From Basidiobolus meristosporus CBS 931.73 (Eukaryota; Fungi; Basidiobolomycota): a stretch of 64,000 bases of DNA. The stretch is taken from positions 29,075 through 93,074 of the forward strand of contig MCFE01000331.1 of assembly GCA_002104905.1 (NCBI GenBank), in the 5' to 3' direction. A model generated the notes under the pieces. That model had not been told where the DNA came from. It saw only the letters and a program-made list of their open reading frames with translations, and did no database searches. A program made the translations under genes and the position numbers. Position 1 is the first letter of the stretch; each line of letters starts with the position of its first letter. Shown piece by piece: positions 11,355 through 22,450 of the stretch.

Positions 11355-13009
11355 TAATGCAAGATTGGGATGGACATAGCATACAACATATTCTGATGAG
11401 GACAGTTTTCCCAAAGTATATTGGGTTTCCCCTGGTTAAAATACAGTTGTGCCCCTTTCTATACAGAGTTCCTAAAGATAAGACCCAGTGTACACCAACA
11501 AGGAATAATAGAATCCAGCAGGGAAAAGAAATATATTGTCAAAATACCAATAAGCTTATATAGGATATTAACAAGGTCCCCACTGCAAAAGTGGCAGTAA
11601 CCAACTATGTGCTTGCAGGATATATATGTTGCCAGCAATACAAGGTAAATGTCAACTCCATAAGTATTGCACTGAAAGCCATAAAGTTGAGCTGATAACA
11701 GTGTGTCTATTGCAGTGGGTGTGTGCATATGTAGAGGTTACTAAGCAGGAAGCTATGGATTTTTGACTCAAACCATGTGTGAGATACTCATGGTAATAGT
11801 GGGCTAGCATAGCATGTGGGGTGATACTTCAGTGGAATATAAGAATAACACACAGAGATACACAAAAAGCCAACACCAGCTGGTAAGTTGGCATGAGAGG
11901 ATTATGCAGGACTAGCTGTAGGCCACTAATAGGATTATAAAGGACTAGCAATAGGCCAATATACCCACATTGTAGTACCAACAGAGGTCCTACAGGAGGC
12001 CATCAAAATACCAACAAGTTTTCTGCCATGTAAGGCAACTAGTTATATTTGTCAGTTAGGTCCACTCAGTTAAATGTAGGGGACATTATAACTATCAAGA
12101 TGCAAAGCAATTCTTGCCAAAAGAATGTTAAAATACTGCCATGTTTTTAACTTTCTTTGGCAATAAACCCAGCAAAATGCTACCACAATCCTGCTATAAG
12201 ATCCTGCAGAGGGTCAATAGTTGCAAGCTGCCAGCATTATGACCTCATCACTACAGGATCCCAATGGCTAATCTTGATTGACTCCACTTGTAAGACCAAA
12301 TTATTTTCACAGAGCAAAGTTGTCCTTTCAGTGAAAGCTCAGAGATCACTTCCTGCAATACTGCTGGCCAAGAAAATTAATCTTACCACAGAAGGAGCCT
12401 CACCAATCAGAGAGCTTCTTTTAAGTCAATCACATAAGCAAGATAGCTCAGACCTACTTAAACACAATATGAAGAGCCCTGAGATTTAGCAGCTGACATA
12501 GCAACTAGAGACACTTTTCTTGCTTCTGGTCAGCAGAGCCCATGGGTAGCAAGCAGTAGTGAAAGAAGGCAAATATACAGGCTAATTGTGAAAGTCTACC
12601 AATCATTCCAAGAGAAGCTGCCAGGCTCTTTAGTCATTACTATCTGCAGGTAAGGAGCAATATAACTCCAAGAGATATCTAACCAGCTGTCATAGAGGCA
12701 AATTAGCAGCAGCAGTTGGCCAAGGTAGAATGAGTAAGCACTACAAGCAAATTACCTACAATACAAGAAAGGTACACCTGCATGAAGAAGGAGATCCAAC
12801 TACCTTGATCCAGCTTAAGTCCTGAACATTGACTATGAGAGTTCCACAGTGGCCCAAGACCATAGAGCTGCAACATATGCATCCCAGAGATGCCATCTTG
12901 AGAAAATGTCTAATCCAGGTCCATCACCAAAAGTACCAGAACTTGAGTCAGATGTCATAATTGCAAAGAGAGCTTCACCCCATCAAGCTTGCAAAAGTCT
13001 GCCAAGACC

Positions 13010-14262
13010 TGTTGTAAAAGCCTGTATTTCCACCTAAATATTCACCTAGCTTAGTCACTTAGATCATTACCTTCATATCCTAGAGAATACTAACCAAATT
13101 CCTTTTCAGGATTTACTTAGAATATTTTCACCAAAATGCCAGGTACCCAGAACATGAGAATTCTCAAAGTTGTCCAAACAGCCCCAAACTTTGCACACAT
13201 GCTCTTAGGACCTTCCTTATTGTATTCTACATGCTTGTTATGCCAAGACCATGTAAAAGTATATATTACTACTTTTACATTAAATAGAGCATTCAGTGAA
13301 AACCACATATTCTACTTGATCTCCCAATCACTTCCAATATCTTCAAGACTCTTACAACAGGTTATGAGCCCCAAGCTGTCACTCTGTGCAATGTCTACTA
13401 CTGCTATTACTGGAATTTTTCCCTCTGCTGAAAAGTTGGATGGATCTAACTACCAGGTGTTGAAGGTGAAGATGAAGATGCTGCTACAAGAAAGAGGCCT
13501 TTAGGATATTATCATGGGAGAAGAATGCCCACCTAAATACATGGGAGAGGAAGCCTTAAAGTACCAGAAGAAAGAACAAAGTGCCTTTAACTGCATTTGC
13601 CTTAGTGTTAAGGACAAATTGTTAATTCAATGCTCAAGAGCAAAAACGGCAAAGAATGCCTGGAAGGCCTTAGAAGACACCTACCAGTCATGTTCAGCTG
13701 CTAAGAAAGTGTATCTGAGACAAGAGTTCTTTACTACAAAGATGCTGCCAGGTGAAGAAATGAAACATCTAATTAACAGTATTACCCTGCTGGTAGATGA
13801 AATGGAATCTGTGGGCGTACCAACTAATGATTAGGATGTGATAGTTGCCATTCTGAATAGCTTGACAGACAGGTCTCAGGGCCTTGTATCAGCCCTAGAG
13901 TCCAGAACTGAAGATTTGACCTTAAATTACATATATGGAAGGCTCCTGGATGAAGAATCAAGAAAATTAAGCGCCAATAAGAAGGAAGAAGAAAATGCTT
14001 TAATAAGCAATGAAAACCAACAAAGGAGGTACTCCAGACCCTACAAAGGCAGCAGCAACCTGTTTTGTCACTACTGCAAAAGGAAAGGACACACATCAGA
14101 CCAGTGTCTCAAAAAGAAATATAATCTGCAAAAGAAGTCTGTATATGGAAATGCTGCAACAACTGAAGATAGACTATTCACATCTGCACTAAATATGACT
14201 ACAAGCAAGGATTCTCTGACGTGGTATATTGACTCTGGAGGTTCTCAACACTTTACACACAT
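13010..14262 (+). mobile_element. Ty1/copia 5' fragment: LTR 13010-13359, PBS, gag, start of protease
   Basis: LTR TGTTGTAA...TTACAACA. gag from 13391 (MSTTAITGIFPSAEKLDGSNYQVLKVKMK) with knuckle CHYCKRKGHTSDQC and protease motif WYIDSGGSQHFT. Two in-frame stops. Confidence 0.9.
13360..13371 (+). promoter_or_regulatory. Copia primer-binding site GGTTATGAGCCC
   Basis: Lies immediately after the LTR end. Resembles the Drosophila copia-type PBS (GGTTATGGGCCC) primed by an internal tRNA-iMet fragment. Confidence 0.75.
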
Positions 14263-15354
14263 CCATTGTGCCCAAAAATGCCTGTTATCTTGCTGACAGC
14301 TGGTGTATCTCCAATAATAATATGCACTTGGATATGAAGGCCATTTAAGTAATCTTGCTAGAAAACATACAAAACTTGTCCACCAATAGCAACAGGTAGC
14401 TATCCAGGCTGGATGGTGAATTAGGCCCATATACCAGTGAGACTGCCATCAGATTTCTGCTATGATACTGTACAATTGGTAGCAGTTTCAGGTTGTAGAG
14501 AATTTGTGGCCAGCAGGATTTGCTGGTAGTGTACTTGTTTAATGAGAATTCATCAAGTCCAAAGCAGAGGCATGGTCATACATACCTTCAAATTAGCCTT
14601 TGTTTCTATCTGCTTATTATAATTGCCAGCAAACATATTGGATATATTAGCACTTGATTGATACTGAGTGCAGTACTTTACAGCTTCATAATATTTGTTG
14701 TACTGCATTAGCTGCTTTGGATGGAGTATTACTGGAATATATCTGCAGTGTGAAAAATGTTTTCCCCAACAGTGGTAAATTCCTGATAAGTTGGACACCT
14801 TGCCATGGTGGAATTTTCTGATTTGAGCACTACGCAGCTGTTAACACATACTGGTAACATGGTGGTCTCTGGGTCATATATTGCAAGCCATGTGACAATT
14901 GTCCATTTATACTATAAATATGGCAAGTTGCATCCCTGGATGATTTTGTTAAGATGTAGTATTAAATCCTTAAAGCCCATGTTACTGATATTAGAAGAAA
15001 TGTGCAAGTTCTTTAGCCACAATATTGTATCATTCACCAGTAGATGAAATACAGGGCTCACTTGACTCAATAAAGTATCATTGGATTTTTTTCCACAGAT
15101 GTTGTCTCATTGCATAATTGAATTTTGACAGGCTCATGCAGGGTGCTGTTGTTAGGAAAGATAGGCACACAATCCATTAGTGAGCCTGCTACCTCAGAGC
15201 TATCACTCTGAGTACCATATTCAGAAGGCTGTGGTGATCCTAAGTGGATGGCAAACACACCTGACTCAGCTTGTGCCAGGTGACAAGTACAGCCAGGTGC
15301 TGTTATAGAAGTATTAAGTGGCCAGTAAGAAATTGCTGATACAGTACTATCAAA

Positions 15355-16935
15355 TCTTCAGATTCAGCCAATTTACCTCTGCAATGAACCCTCTTGTACC
15401 CAATCTTAGAAAAACAAAATGCCAACCACTATAGCTTAGGTAACATCATGCTTTTATATAATCTTCCCAAATCCCATCCACAAATTAGTACTCTCAGGGC
15501 TATGGTGAGCTATTTAGCCACCAAATCTGGCCAGCTTGAAGATATTTACAATCATGAAGCTCCTTGACCCTTGCTTGCACCATGTCAGAATTAGATTCCA
15601 AAATTACACGCCTTAAAAAAATTTTATTATAACCATCATAGATCTGGGTTAGTTGAATCCAATCTGAAAAACAGTTTTGCTGTATTTGAAGTTATTGCCA
15701 AAGAATTGTATCCTGATAACATTTTGTATGACCTGATCTGCAAATTCCTTGCCAGCAATTTAGTATTTACAAATGCCCACACCAAAGGTGTGTGGTAACT
15801 TGAAAATGGCCTCTGGGAACTCTGCAAATCTGGCAGCAACCTCTGGACTTTTATATCCCAAAATTTCCCTAAACATGTAGAACTTGAGTTTGCCAACAGT
15901 AGGTGAACCCCTGAACAAACTACATATCTAAGCAAACTACATTTTAAAATAGGTTCTTGGAATTGTAAAAAATGTATTTTCAACAATGTAAGATATAAAC
16001 CTTTTGACAGTACATTTGTCAACAAGCTTAATTCCAAATCTTGTATTTTTTCTCTGCAAAATGGTGTTTACAATCTCATCAAAAATACCATTTGTGATGT
16101 CATTCCTGCCAATTATGTCTCCGTCCAGGCTTTAATCAATTGGTTTTCTCCCATCCCTCAACAAAATATATCTTGACCTATGGGCAATTAGGAGAAAAAT
16201 TTTCCCAAACCATATTTATTAAATTTTCTCATCATGACTTGTGCATCTTTCTTGAAAGGTTATAATTCCAACAAAATCTTCTACATCCGGAGGGGAAAGG
16301 GTAAAAATGCAAAAACTGCCATCCAGACATTGCTTGCAGAGACATTTGGGAATTACTGTGCTACTCTGCCAACTACCTTAATCACCTGCAGCAGTGGCTT
16401 GTCATCTAATGCCACACCTGACATGTGCCACTGAGAAGGTAAACCTGTAATGTTCTTACAAGAACCAAAGTCAGAAGAGAAAGTTAAGGGCAGTATTGTT
16501 GAAGAATTAACTGCTAACAACATAATATACATCGGAGAACTTTACAAAAAACCTTGCTCTATAAAATTTAAAGGTAAGATGCTTCTTGTAACTAATAATA
16601 TTTTGGATATTCCAGACATGGATGCAGCACTTAAATGTTGTACCATTATTGTTCCTTTCTTAAATACCTTCATGCCACAACAAGAGTGTGATTCTGCTGA
16701 GCAGAAGAAATATACCTATTTTGTTGAACCAGATGCCAACAAAATATTAGACCACTTATGTGACAAATTCATGTTGTTATTATTGTGTGAATATCCTAAA
16801 TATGTTAAGTATGGCCTTTGGAAACCACAAATTATTTCTGATACTATGGATACCTATTTGGTTGCTCACAACTATCTAGTTGTATTTCAACGTAAATATT
16901 TCAAGAATAGCACTGGTACTAATATGGAGGTATTT
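15355..16935 (+). pseudogene. D5-like primase-helicase fragment (D5_N + SF3 helicase; possible PriCT-2 remnant), Nucleocytoviricota/PLV type
   Basis: One reading frame for ~1.55 kb with internal stops and no introns. Motifs: FVNKLNSK..SLQNGVYNL..IPANYVS (D5_N), FLKGYNSNKIFYIRRGKGKNAKT (Walker A variant), TFGNYCATLPTTLIT..SNATPD, GKPVMFLQEP (Walker B region), KMLLVTNN (motif C) and IIVPFLNTF. Confidence 0.88.
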
Positions 16936-17632
16936 GAATGGTCAAATATGACTTGTGTGGCAAAACACTGGCAGTGATCCTTGTAATACTTCCTATGCTC
17001 TCTATGTGCTTCATGGCTGAGAGGCATGCTACAATAGCCACATGGTCTTTTTGCTCTTCTCTTATGGTGCTGAATCAGAGTAGTCTTCTCCATGGGGCAA
17101 ACAGTATGACACTCAGCAACATAACACAATCATATCACTTTTTTGTGAATACTCATCTGCATTTGAGACAGTCATGTATTTGAGACAATACACCTATATG
17201 AAAGGAAGAATCAGTGACAAACTGTCATAGTAAACATTAAAGATAAAGATCAGGCCCCACATGCACACATATATGCAACACCATTTCCCCATTGATTGGA
17301 CTCACTTTGACATATATACTGCCAACAAGTAAAGCAAAGTTGTCTGGTTCCCAACCAAACCCCACCACTGACAGCAGCAGAAGAATGGCTGGACAACAGC
17401 TTGCTTTGACTTTCAGTGCAATAAGTGGGGCTTCAATCAAAAAAAGCCCTGTGGACAGTAGACTTGTTCTGTTGGACAGTGCCACATTGTGCCAGCCTGT
17501 TTATAGTGCCGGATCAATCAGGCACTATCTGACACTATAATTTCTACCATAATGCCAGCAGTAGGTCATAGTTACTGGTAATTTTACTCAATCTTACTTA
17601 TGTTGCCCAGAGTAGTGCTTTCCTAGCTTTAC

Positions 17633-18517
17633 TTATGCTTAATAATGCTCCAGACACATTTCTCTCAGTAGATGTCTGGTTGTATAAATATACTATGGAT
17701 TGATAAGTATCTTAACTATTTTACCTATTCTGCTGTTTTCTCCTCTATATTACTTTCCTCTGTATTTACCTGCCAATATGCTGTATCACTTTGGATATCC
17801 AAATGTATGCTCTACCCTCACTCTGAAATGATTAAATATCTCATTGTAGGGCTTCTGCTTCCTGCTAAGCACACCATTCCTTGGCTTCCTATAAGCTGTA
17901 ATACATCCTAATCTCTGACAGTCCTCTCCTATATAAGCTAAGTCTGCCATACATTTCTCCCCTCTACAGAATTCTGGATGATTCTCTACCCAGGGTGCTT
18001 TGTCATGCCTACTTCCAGCAAATGGCCCACTAAACCAGATGATGTTAACCTCAATGTCAGACAGTGTGTGAAGCTTCACACAGTGTGCCTTGCACTTGCC
18101 AGAAGAAAAGTGTGTCTGCCCTCTAGAAGGTCTGCTAATTCTGATTGGGAAGGGGTCCAAAATACTCCTTATATGGAACCTGTTGCTGAACACTCTGGGA
18201 TATGGAAGTCTATTGGAGCTTCCAAACCTAGTACTCCAAGCTTGCTCTAAGTCATTCATATGCTCTGCAAGGTGGTTCTCCATTGCTGTCAGCTGGGAAT
18301 GAAAGTTTCTAGGACCTTTGTAGCCATGGATGGTGGGATGAAACCTTGTAGGGCAATAGTTTTTGTAATAGCAGAGAAGCTTAACAAGGGATCTCCTTGA
18401 ATAGATTGGGGTAGATGGACCATAGTACTGGGTATAGATCTTCTCTAGTGTGTCAAAAGGAGACCCAGCAGTTGTGATGGGATTGATGAGAAAAGACCAT
18501 TCAGATGAGAAAGTCAT
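17633..18517 (-). pseudogene. DDE_Tnp_4 (Harbinger/IS5-like) transposase, disrupted near the C-terminus
   Basis: ILDPFP, FSSGKCKAHCVK, GSRHDK, MADLAYIG, RVEHTFGY. In-frame stops follow this point. Highly similar to 26572..27456. Confidence 0.9.
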
Positions 18518-18875
18518 ATTAAAATTAGTGGAGGATTAGGCTGAGGTGATTTAAATTGATTTGACACAATCAGTATTATTTATTGATTTTCCATGCATTA
18601 TGATTAACTCTCCATCAATTGCCATGTATCCCATCATTATGTTGCAAAAAGCATCCTCAAACAATGAGAGGGTACTTTTATTGATGTTTTACTCAAAAGT
18701 CTATAATCAAATAGGAAATCTGCAATTCATGTGATCTGATCCGTGTTAATGCAGTCCAAGATGCATCATGCATAATATATGGAAAATTGAACAATCACAT
18801 TAGTTTTCATATATACTTCATATAAGACCAGGTTGATGCCATTACACAACTGTATACGTATCCAAATCTGTCACT

Positions 18876-20200
18876 ATGGTCCCTATACCAAGTCTCAGCT
18901 CATCTTTAGTTCAATCAAGACAAAATCCATCCCCCACCTCACAAGCGTGGTCCAGACAAGAAAAAGCAATGTTGGATCTGCTTGAGTTGTTGCCAAATGG
19001 TTGCAGTTTGGCCCAAGTCTCTATGGAAAGCCTTCATACAGATATTTGGGCGCTACTCATTAATCCAGCAGAACTAGATACCTTGGAGAGTTGACAGAGA
19101 TGGAAGAACCTGAGTAGAAAGCTGTGGCGTGAGTTCTACATCAAGATGCCAGCAGATGTATATAAGAAGATATATAACAAGACAAGTATTGAAATCAAGG
19201 ATGAGCTCAGAGTGAGTGGATTTGATGAGGAAGCTGTGTGGGAGATTTTGCATGCAATTTGCCCAGTACAGGCCGGACATATCTGTTTGTGCCTCAACTT
19301 TGGGAACCAAAGAGATTTTGAATGAGTTTTTGCCTCAAATGACTAATATATTACATGATGTATTAGTAGAGCTAAGTGGCTTCCAAGATCAATATACACA
19401 GGACCCATCCAGGCAATAGTTCAAAGTACTAGACAGAGGGTAAGTGAATACCTTGAGGAATCAGAAGGTGAGCTTCAAGAGGAAGAATACTGACTGCAAG
19501 CAACATTGTACAGATTGCGCCAGCACACCTTGCTGGATTCCTTACCATCCCTTACAACTTCAGCGCACTGGTGCACATCAGTCCAAACTACGCCAACACC
19601 CTTCCCAAGAGTGCCCTGCATTGACTCAATGAGTATTGGGTCAATGTGCACACTTCAGAGCAAAACCACCAGAACCCGCCAAACTGCTCAAAAAGACACT
19701 AGTCCATTGGAGCGGCCCAAGTTGCATCAACAAGCAGCATCACTTCAAACTCAGCCAAGGGCCATGCCAGCGCATCAAGTTGCATCTGTGTGTGCCATTA
19801 CACCTGACCATCAGCAAGTTTCTTCTGGTGAACTGACAGATGATGACCCACATGAAGTGCCTCCACCACCAGAGCCTTTGGCAAGTAAAAGAACGTGGCA
19901 GCACGTAGCACTGCAGGCCTGCTCAGTTGCATCATCCGGAGCAATTCAGCATGGCCAAGCTGCAGCATTGCACTCATTAACTAGGAGGCAAAATACTGAC
20001 TACAAATACACAAGTATCTAAGAGGATAGTCAACAAGAAAGTAGTTTAGGAGTGCAAAGTTAATCACTACCAGATGCTTCAGTAGTAATCCCTGTGAGAA
20101 AAAAGCCTAGGAGAAGATTATGCAATCAAATTGAACTGCTATTATTTGTAATGATCCAAACAACGCATTTTGTTTGCAACCTGCATCAAGCCATTGCAAA
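18876..20200 (+). pseudogene. Second (accessory) ORF of PHIS element A, decayed
   Basis: Fragmented ORFs 18876..20021 are homologous to minus-strand fragments 23614-24958 of element B. No recognisable domain. Confidence 0.55.
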
Positions 20201-21113
20201 TCAGTGATCACTAAATTTTTGATATAAGCCATATCATGGTTGTCTCACATTTGGGACAGGACCCCTATAAATAAACACCCTGCATATGTATACATCATCT
20301 GTGGCACCAGTGCAGCCATTTGATCTGATTTGCACTCATACAATTGATTGCGTGCTAGCTATGACACCTTATCCAATCACTAGGATCAGGGATTTACTTG
20401 CTCAATGGGCAAAATGGGATATTTGATGGCAAATCAGGTAGCTTGTGTATTGATCAAAGAGCCAATTGGGGGCTGACAGCTTCAGGATACTTTTGGACCA
20501 ATTAACTACTGAGATACCATCCAATTGGAGTGATAGTAACCAGAATGGTAAGTATCAGTGTAACTTATAGTGCAATATGCATTTGTTTCCATTTACATTA
20601 AAGAAACATATCCAAATACTGGATTTTAGCAACCATAATAGCAGTATCCAATTGCGCATGTGATGCAAATATTACAAGTGGGTGCAATCATTCATGTCAA
20701 CCTCATTGTGTCAGATTGTGCCATAGTGTGCAAGATTGTCCCACATGGTGCAAAATCATCCAAGAGCAATCCTGCATTTTGGTAGCTACAATATTGTGCC
20801 CAATCATTCTCAGAGACTGCCAATTGTGCTGTGCACCCTGGCACAGTACAATGAAACTAGTCTAGTGTGCCCACCCAAGAGAATGATGTGGACTCCTCAA
20901 GGTCTCAGGCAAGTAGGCAATTGGGAATCTCTGCAGAGCCACAAGCTGACCATAATGCCAGGGCAGATCAGAAATTAGCTAAGCAGTACTTTCAGTCAAA
21001 GACTAGCAAGTTGCCACCCAATCATCACCACCAAATGTATTAGCAAATATGCTTTCTACTAACACAAAGCATTAATAACACAACCAGAAGCAGTTGCTGA
21101 TAGGATAGATGCA

Positions 21114-22450
21114 ATGGCCCAGAGAAGTCAGGGAATAGTCCAGAAAGGGGATCTGCAGATAAAAGGTGTAGAGCAATCAATATCCCAGGTCAAGAAAGCG
21201 GTATCTTTGCTGCAAAAAAGGAACTCACATAGCTCAATATTGCAGCCAAGAATTGAGCTGTTTCCCAATGCTACAACAGAGAAACACCATACAGTCTTTG
21301 ATGCACCACCAAAGCACCTAGAGATAAAGCCTGCCAAAAAACCTATCACAGCATTGGAGGGAGAAATTGTAGTGCTTGTACCAAAGCCCAAAAATCATAA
21401 GACATTGGAATTTGTGAAGCTGTTGAGTGCATTGCTAAAGTGTAGCCTAATATTCCAGAGGCTGTTAGAAGCCTAGCCTACTAACACCATTAGGCTGGCA
21501 TTCTATGGGACCATCAGGAACTCAAGGCTAAGCACAATGCACTCAAGCATGGGTATTATCCTGGATTCAAACAAGCAAACAGATTATGGGCAAGCATTGG
21601 TATTGTAGGAGAGAATCTCAAGATTAGCAGAAATTGTCAAAGGAAGAAAAACAAAGGTGTGATGGCTAAAAGCCAGTGGCTTCCTCAAGAGCCTGTTACA
21701 GGCAGGGCTGAAAGCTCCAAGCAAGTGTCAAAGAGACATCAGGTAGCTGGAAAGTGTCAATAATGCTTAGCAGTCAGACACAGATGCACCAGTACAACAT
21801 TCATCAAGGAAAAGTGTAGTTCTACTCAAGAAGCTCTCAGTAAGAGGAACAGTGAAGGATATGGCAGTAATACAGGAAAAGGTAAAGGGAAAAAAGTCTA
21901 CCCAAGCCAGGACCAAGGAAGCATGAGAAAAAAGTGCAGTCCTTGCCAATGATTGCCATAAGCCTAGAACAGACTGACCCCCATTCTGGCCTAGAAGAAT
22001 CACCAATAAGAACACAGCTGTTTTAAAAGAGTTGGAAGCGCAGCCAGTTGAGCTACACTTCAATGAGGTAGATGAGTTTTCAGAGAAAGACAATTTATCT
22101 ACCACAGCCTTGACCTTCTCCATTGCTGACAGCGTGGAGATCCCACCATCAGACAAAGTAAAAATGTCAAGAACTCAAAAGGTTATCACAATGCCTTCAG
22201 TGGAATCTTGGGACATTAATAAGCACACCAAGAAGTTGCAGCACTTCTTCACAAGCAGTGGTCTAAAAAATTTACATGAATATTGCAAGGATATATTGCA
22301 AGGACTGGCAGATGAGGTGCCAGACCTTTTGGTACCGGCTAAAGACCAGGACATATGAGAACCAGTGAATGAACAGTGGCATAAAGCTGTAGGGTTCTGC
22401 CAAAGTCATGGAAACTGAGTGTTACAGCAGAAATACTTCTTGGGTGGTAG
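21114..22450 (+). pseudogene. CMC element ORF2 (coiled-coil + putative helical DNA-binding domain), decayed
   Basis: Homologous to 56330-57913 (+) and 8950-10200 (-). Shared blocks include ELEAQPVELH, SRTQK.ITMP and W..HTK.LQHFF. Confidence 0.7.

Larger units (their letters stand above)
7725..12313 (-). mobile_element. CMC/EnSpm-like element, partial copy (transposase fragment to left TIR), interrupted by a second copy
   Basis: 7725-8353 and 11355-12313 match the reverse complement of ~54800 down to 52169. It ends in ACCAAATTATTTTCACAG, a TIR-like sequence. Confidence 0.75.
17460..20863 (-). mobile_element. PHIS/Harbinger-type DNA transposon, copy A
   Basis: AGACTTGTT...AACTAGTCT termini with a perfect AGT TSD (17457-59, 20864-66). 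The empty site is visible at ~56090. Contains a transposase and a divergent second ORF. Confidence 0.88.

Noticed and set aside
15355-16935. Alternative genetic code (TGA=Trp) to explain the stops in the D5 frame and the 39.3 kb ORF
   Set aside because: TAG and TAA stops also occur in the D5 frame, and CGA-to-TGA decay fits the regional CpG loss better. Not fully excluded without homologue alignment.
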